Origin: an uncultured delta proteobacterium
Lineage (GTDB): Bacteria; Myxococcota_A; Polyangia; Polyangiales; JAFGIB01
NCBI GenBank assembly: GCA_963778655.1
Contig: CAVZVA010000009.1
Span: forward strand, 928,001-992,000
Length of the DNA stretch: 64,000 nucleotides
Reading direction: 5' to 3'
Shown: positions 58,771 to 64,000 of the stretch, in pieces
How the letters are laid out: each line of letters begins with the position of its first letter
Position numbering within the stretch: position 1 is the stretch's first letter
Position numbers and translations under genes: made by a program
Notes under the pieces: model-generated
What the model was told of the DNA's origin: nothing
Database searches by the model: none
The model's input: only the letters and a program-made list of their open reading frames with translations

Positions 58771-60273
58771 TCACGCAGCCAGCTTGCCGCCGGCGTCCTC
58801 GTTGGCCAGCTGTTCGGCCGCTCTCCACACCACGGCCATGATCGAGTGCTGCGGGTTGACCCCGAGGTTGGTGGGAAACACGCTCGCGTCCATCACGAAC
58901 AGGCGCGGCAGCGCGTAGCTCTGCAGGCGCGCATCGACCACGGCGCTGCGCGCGTCTTCGCCCGCGCAAGCGGTTCCGAAGTGGTGCGAGGCCAGCAGAT
59001 GGAAGTCGCGGCGCTGCAGCTGCGGATCGAGCAGCAGCTCGGCCTGCTCCGGCCGCGTGAGCACGGCGGGCAGGTGGCTGACGCCCGGATAGACCTCGTC
59101 TGCGCCCGCCGCGAACATCATCCGCACCAGCAGCGCCGCGCCCTGCCTCAGGCGCTCGAAATCCTCGCGCAGCGGCTCGTAGCGAACGGCCGCGCCGCCC
59201 CACAGGCCCGGGCGGACGCGTCCCAGCGCCTTCATCCGTACCACTGCCGCCCACTGCGCGAAGTAGTCGAGCTGGCGCAGGCGCCGTTGCCAATCCGCGC
59301 CCGCGCCCGGCAGGCGCGCCGCCAGCAGCTCCGGCGGCAGCGCCAGCGATTCGAGCTTCATGCGCTGGTCCGGAAGCGGCACCTCGTAGCCCTGGGTGGC
59401 CCCGAAGCCCATGCCCACGGCGTCGGCGAACCGCCCCACCACCGCCGCACCCGGGTGTGCTTGGTAGCGCTCGCCCACGCCGCCGCGCAGCCCGCTGTGC
59501 CACAGCAGCAGCGGCGTATGCAGCGCGCCTGCCGCGACGATCACGCCGCGCCGCCCGACCACGCGAAACCGCCCGCGCCGGCGCCGGCGCTCGTCGAGCA
59601 GGTAGCCCTCGACGGCGTGCGCGCGCCCTCCCTGCAGCGCGATGCGTGCGGCGCGCGCATGGGTGTACAGGCGCGCGCCGCGCTCGAGCGCACGCGGCAC
59701 GTACGAAACGTCCATGCTCTGGCGCGCACCTTCGGGACAGCCCTGCAGGCAGCGCGCGCGCCCGGCGCAGCGGCTGGCATTGCGCCGCATCGGCTGGCCC
59801 GGCAGGCCGAGCGCCTCGCTCGCACGCTGCATCAGGCCTGCATTGCCGCCGCGCACGCCGGCGTCTACCTCGGCGACCTCGAGCTCGCGCTCGAGCTGCT
59901 CGAAGATACGCCGTTGCGCGTGCTCATCGACCAGCTGCCCGAGGCCAAAATCCTCGCTCCATTGCCGCCGCACGGCCTCGGGCATGCGCCAGATGATGCC
60001 CGAGTTGATCGCGGTGCTGCCGCCCACGCAGCGGCCCTGCAGCAGCGGAATCGGCGCCGCGCCGCTAGTGGCGAAGGTGCCCATGTCACGCATCGACTGC
60101 GTCATCGCGTCCAGCAGGCCACGCTTGCGCTCGCCGGGCGCCAAGCGCGGGCCTTCCTCGAGCATGATCACGCTCAGCCCGGCTTCGCTCAGCACACGCG
60201 CGGCGGTGGCGCCGCCCGCACCGGTGCCGACGATCACGAAGTCGGCGGCGTCCTCGAGCGCGTAGCGGGCCAT
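58771..60273 (-). CDS. GMC-family FAD oxidoreductase
   Basis: IVGTGAGG, GRCVGGSTAINSG, HHFGT, DASVFPTNLGVNPQ. Start is ATG 60273. Confidence 0.92.
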   Translation of the reverse strand: MARYALEDAADFVIVGTGAGGATAARVLSEAGLSVIMLEEGPRLAPGERKRGLLDAMTQSMRDMGTFATSGAAPIPLLQGRCVGGSTAINSGIIWRMPEAVRRQWSEDFGLGQLVDEHAQRRIFEQLERELEVAEVDAGVRGGNAGLMQRASEALGLPGQPMRRNASRCAGRARCLQGCPEGARQSMDVSYVPRALERGARLYTHARAARIALQGGRAHAVEGYLLDERRRRRGRFRVVGRRGVIVAAGALHTPLLLWHSGLRGGVGERYQAHPGAAVVGRFADAVGMGFGATQGYEVPLPDQRMKLESLALPPELLAARLPGAGADWQRRLRQLDYFAQWAAVVRMKALGRVRPGLWGGAAVRYEPLREDFERLRQGAALLVRMMFAAGADEVYPGVSHLPAVLTRPEQAELLLDPQLQRRDFHLLASHHFGTACAGEDARSAVVDARLQSYALPRLFVMDASVFPTNLGVNPQHSIMAVVWRAAEQLANEDAGGKLAA

Positions 60274-60785
60274 CAGCCGGCCTCGCGTTCGGGCGGCACC
60301 GAAGGCGGCTTGTCCGGCAGCGGCCAGGCCGCAAGCGGCTCGGGGGCTTCGGAAGCCAACAGCGGCAGCCGCACGCGCATGCCGCTCTCGCTCTCGTCGG
60401 TGGCCTGCACGTGGTCGTAGCCGGAGCGCGCGCGCACCGACGGCGTGCCGAGCAGCGCCATCGCCGCGCCCAACTTCAGCAGCAGCGAGAGCTCGCGCAC
60501 CGCGAACCAGCGGTGGACCAGCAGCTGCCCGAGCAGCTCGCTGCGACGCTCCACCGCGAGCTTGGTGACGGTGCAGAGTCGGCCCCACAGCCAGCACGGC
60601 GCGAGCGCCGCCATCCACAACGCCATGCGCAGCCCGAGCGCGGCCATCGGCGTGGCCTCTCGCATCATGCGTCCGAGCACGCCGACGTAGTCGACTTCGT
60701 CAGCGATCGGCGCGAGCCCCGAGCCCTCCGGCGGCGCAAACGCCGCCAGCAGCGCGCGAGCCCAGCGGCGCTCGAACCCCATCAT
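60273..60785 (-). CDS. Small partner protein of the GMC oxidoreductase
   Basis: Its stop overlaps the GMC start; the ending ...VRARSGY resembles gluconate-2-DH subunit-3-like partners. Confidence 0.6.
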   Translation of the reverse strand: MMGFERRWARALLAAFAPPEGSGLAPIADEVDYVGVLGRMMREATPMAALGLRMALWMAALAPCWLWGRLCTVTKLAVERRSELLGQLLVHRWFAVRELSLLLKLGAAMALLGTPSVRARSGYDHVQATDESESGMRVRLPLLASEAPEPLAAWPLPDKPPSVPPEREAG

Positions 60786-61017
60786 GGGCTCACCCCCCAG
60801 GTGCGGGCTCGCGCTCCGAAACCGCGGCCCCGGCCGCCCGTTCCCAAGCCCGACTTCGCCTGGTGTGCCACCACACTCCACCATAGCAAATTCGGCCGGC
60901 CGGTCAATATAAAATTATGATATTAGTGTGATTTGCGGGCTGAAATTTCGTGCTCGCGTGCCGTCGCGACCCGACGCCGAGCACGGCCAGCGCGCGGCAC
61001 ACACGCGCTCGCCGCCG

Positions 61018-62421
61018 TCAGCCGGTGCTGGTGGCGCTGCCTTCCTGGCTTAGCGCGGAAGCCAGGCCTTCGAACAGCTGCTCGAGCTCGAACGGCTTGC
61101 GCAGCAGCACGTCGGGCTGGCCGCCCGCGACCAGTGGGTTCGGCAGCTCCGTGCCGGTCATCAGCATACCGATCTCGACCGTGCCCGCCTCGCGCAACCT
61201 CGCCAGCAGGGCGTCGCCGCGTGACCCGGGCAGCAGCAGGTCCACGATGGCGACCGCGAAGGGCCCGCGTTGCGCGAGCGCCCGCTCCGCGTCGTCGACC
61301 GCGACCACCTCCGCGCCGCGCATGCCGAGCGCGGTCGCGATCATCTCGCGCAGTCCCAGATCGTCGTCGACCACCAGGATGCGGCGGTGGATCGGCTCGG
61401 CGTAGAACACGCCACTGCTGCGCTTGGCGCTGGCCTTTTGCGGCAGGGCTGAGCCCCGCAGCGGCAGCGTGACCGAGAAGCGTGTGCCGCGCCCCGGCTC
61501 GCTCTGGAAGTCGATGCTGCCGCCGACGTCGTCCACGGCTTGCTTCACCAGCGGCAGCCCGAGCCCGGTGCCGGTGGTTTTGGTGGTGAAGTACGGCTCG
61601 AACAGGCGGCGCTGCTGTTCTGCGCTCATACCCGGTCCGTTGTCCTCGATCACCAGCAGCGCGTGCTCGCCGCTGGCGCTCAGGCGCAGCTCGACCGTGC
61701 CACCTGGCGCGAGCGCCTCGACTGCGTTGGCGGCCAGGTTCCAGACGATCGACCAGGCGCTGCCGCGATCGCCCGGCACGCGCAGGCCGGGCTCGATCGC
61801 GGTGCGCACCTGCACGTTCTTGGCCAGTGCCTTGGGCGCGAGCAGGCGCGCCGCCTCATCGACGAAGGCCGACAGGTCGACCGAGCGCGCGGCTTCCTCA
61901 GCGCGTGGGCGGCGGCCGTCGAGCACGCGCTGCGCGGCCGACCACGCGCTCTCCGCGCTCATCTCGATCAAGTCGAGCGCCTCTTGCACGCGGCGCCCCT
62001 GCTTGGCCAGGCGCGCCCAACCCGCGATCGCGCCCAGCGCGTTCGCCAGCTCGTGCGAGACGCCGGCGCGGATGTCCGCAGGCGCGCCGCTGCCGCCGTG
62101 GTCTGCCGGCAGCGGCGGCGGCACCAGCACCACCAAGACCCGGCCGCCCGATTGGATGTGCATCAGCAGAATGCGCTGGCCCGCGTGTCCGCTGAGCTCG
62201 CAGCGCGCGCCTGCGCGGGCCTTGGCGATCGCGTCGTCGAGCTTGCGCGCGTCCGTGCCGTCGCCCAGCGCGTGCCGCAGCGCCATCCCTAAATTGGGAT
62301 AGTTGTCGCGACCGAGAAGCGCGCGGGCGGCCGCGCTGACAGCGACCCGCCCTCGCGAGTCTTCTTTGAGGGTCGGCAGTCCCAAGCGTTCGGCTGCCCA
62401 GTCGATGGAGTCCTTCTTCAC
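61018..62421 (-). CDS. Cytoplasmic hybrid histidine kinase / response regulator
   Basis: H-box SHELANAL, N-box NLAANAVEA, DNGPG, FEPYFTTK and GTGLGL; receiver ILVVDDD...IVDLLLP...RKPF. Confidence 0.92.
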   Translation of the reverse strand: MKKDSIDWAAERLGLPTLKEDSRGRVAVSAAARALLGRDNYPNLGMALRHALGDGTDARKLDDAIAKARAGARCELSGHAGQRILLMHIQSGGRVLVVLVPPPLPADHGGSGAPADIRAGVSHELANALGAIAGWARLAKQGRRVQEALDLIEMSAESAWSAAQRVLDGRRPRAEEAARSVDLSAFVDEAARLLAPKALAKNVQVRTAIEPGLRVPGDRGSAWSIVWNLAANAVEALAPGGTVELRLSASGEHALLVIEDNGPGMSAEQQRRLFEPYFTTKTTGTGLGLPLVKQAVDDVGGSIDFQSEPGRGTRFSVTLPLRGSALPQKASAKRSSGVFYAEPIHRRILVVDDDLGLREMIATALGMRGAEVVAVDDAERALAQRGPFAVAIVDLLLPGSRGDALLARLREAGTVEIGMLMTGTELPNPLVAGGQPDVLLRKPFELEQLFEGLASALSQEGSATSTG

Positions 62422-62780
62422 AGCAAAAATCCGTCTCTACTAAATGCTACCGAACCTTACCCCCGGCGTCAAACGGGGTCGCTCTCCGCGCTGTCGCCCC
62501 CACATCTGCCCGCCTCGGCGCAGGCGCCGCCACCTCATCTGTCCCCCCAGCAGGCTGGCTCTCACAGCCACGCGTATTGCCCAAGTCCCAGCGCTCTCGC
62601 AAGCCCTCAACACTTCGAATTCGTTGCAGCCGAGCGTGGAATTCTTCAGCCAACGTAGGTTCCGGCTCGGCCGCCCTGCGCTCGGGTCGGCTGAGGTGCG
62701 CAAGTCACTCCGCGCGCCCGCGAGCCGGCACCGTTTCGCGGCGTGACCGTGGGGCGTTTGCAGGCTAAGTTGCGCGCCCG

Positions 62781-63080
62781 ATGCCGAGGCTCACACGCGA
62801 TCAAGTGCAGCACGTGGCGCGGCTGGCCGCGCTCGAGCTGAGCCCGGCCGAAGCCGAGCGCATGGCCGAGGAGCTGGGCTCGATCCTCGATTACATCGCC
62901 ATGCTCGAGGCGGTCGACGTGCGCGGGGTCGAGGCCGTGTTCCATCCCTCGCAGCAAGCCGCGCCGCTGCGCGACGACCTGGTGCAGCCCTCGCCGCCGC
63001 GCGAGATACTGCTGGCGGCCGCGCCCGAGACCGAACAGGGGGCGTTTGCCGTGCCCAAAGTGCTGGACGGTGATGCGTGA
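62781..63080 (+). CDS. gatC: Asp/Glu-tRNA amidotransferase subunit C
   Basis: [12 protein letters not shown]...LRDD...[15 protein letters not shown]; directly upstream of gatA. Confidence 0.95.
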   Translation: MPRLTRDQVQHVARLAALELSPAEAERMAEELGSILDYIAMLEAVDVRGVEAVFHPSQQAAPLRDDLVQPSPPREILLAAAPETEQGAFAVPKVLDGDA

Positions 63081-64000
63081 GCCCGCCTGCGCCGCACGCG
63101 ATGTCCCTGCACGCGCTGGCTGGCGCCGTGCGCGAGGGCTCGCTGTCCGCGCTCGAGCTCACGCGCGCCCACCTGGCGCGCATCGAGCGTTACAACGCAG
63201 CGCTCGGGGCCTTCCTGCACGTCGATGCGGAGGGTGCGCTGGCGCAGGCGGAGATGGTGGACCACGCGCGCAGCCGCGGCGAGCCCCTCGGCAGCCTGGC
63301 GGGCGTGCCGCTCGCGCTCAAGGACAACCTGTGCACGCGTGGGCTGCCCACCACCTGCGCCTCGCGCATCCTGGAAGGCTACCGTCCGCCCTATGACGCG
63401 CACGTGGTCGAGCGCTTGCACGCAGCCGGCGCTGTGCTGCTCGGCAAGCTCAACATGGACGAGTTCGCGATGGGCTCGTCCAACGAGAATTCGGCCTTCG
63501 GCGTGCGTGCGCAACCCGTGGGATCTCGACGCGCGCGCCCGGCGGCTCGTCGGGCGGCGCCGCCTGCGGCCACCGCGGCGCGCCTGTGCGCGGGCGCGCT
63601 CGGCAGCGACACCGGTGGCTCGGTGCGCCAGCCGGCGAGCTTCTGCGGCGTCACCGGCGATCAAGCCGACCTACGGGCGCGTCTCGCGCTACGGGCTGGT
63701 TGCGTTTGCTTCCTCGCTCGACCAGGTCGGACCGATCGCTCGCGACGCATGCGACGCCGCGCAGCTGTTGTCGGTGATCGCGGGCCACGACCCGCGCGAC
63801 GCCACCAGCGTGGCGCGGCCCGTGGACGACTACGCGGCCGAGTGCGGCAAGGACGTGAGCGGGCTGCGCATCGGGGTGCTGCGTTCGATGCTCGAGGGTT
63901 GCGACGAAGCGGTGGTGCAGGCGGTGGAGGCGGCGCTGTCGCGCCTGCAGGGCCTGGGTTGCGAGCTGCTCGATGCCGAGCTGCCCTACGCGCAGCACGC
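63077..64000 (+). CDS. gatA: Asp/Glu-tRNA amidotransferase subunit A (partial, runs off window, several apparent indels)
   Basis: [58 protein letters not shown] and [11 protein letters not shown] lie in shifted frames. Confidence 0.92.
   Translation, partial: MSPPAPHAMSLHALAGAVREGSLSALELTRAHLARIERYNAALGAFLHVDAEGALAQAEMVDHARSRGEPLGSLAGVPLALKDNLCTRGLPTTCASRILEGYRPPYDAHVVERLHAAGAVLLGKLNMDEFAMGSSNENSAFGVRAQPVGSRRARPAARRAAPPAATAARLCAGALGSDTGGSVRQPASFCGVTGDQADLRARLALRAGCVCFLARPGRTDRSRRMRRRAAVVGDRGPRPARRHQRGAARGRLRGRVRQGRERAAHRGAAFDARGLRRSGGAGGGGGAVAPAGPGLRAARCRAALRAAR

Noticed and set aside
62422..62780. Possible ncRNA or T-box leader upstream of gatC
   Set aside because: No T-box, tRNA or other recognisable RNA motif; only short CATCTG repeats of uncertain meaning.

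Overview
High-GC window from a myxobacterium (Myxococcota, probably Polyangia-like). The assignment rests on two MYXO-CTERM surface proteins, a DUF2330 protein, Cys-rich lipoproteins, a myxobacterial-type PilA and three giant Ser/Thr kinase-AAA ATPase-helical proteins. There are about 43 CDSs. Housekeeping and metabolic genes include asd, pcaF, a second thiolase, a FadD-like ligase, trmL, gatC/gatA, a CitE-like lyase, a GMC oxidoreductase and a BtuCDF/FecCDE-like ABC importer. The most unusual locus spans 23.5-37.9 kb. A FAAL-ACP-KS-AT(inactive) gene lies head-to-head with an NRPS of architecture pseudo-DH/ACP/C/A(Gly-like)/PCP. That NRPS ends in a cyanobacterial acyl-ACP-reductase-like domain instead of a TE or SDR-type R domain. 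The two genes look like halves of one megasynthase split at the start of the DH domain. By eye, the FAAL 5' part, the NRPS and the sensor-end of the adjacent kinase share an atypical codon usage, suggesting a swapped cassette. Non-coding structure includes two back-to-back ~165-170 bp MITE-like palindromes (45831-46170), a dispersed REP-like motif, a sigma-54 promoter and an 11x15 bp coding tandem repeat. Several single-base frameshifts, including in the essential gatA, are most likely assembly errors. I saw no rRNA, tRNA, CRISPR array or transposase. All annotations were made by eye, without database searches.
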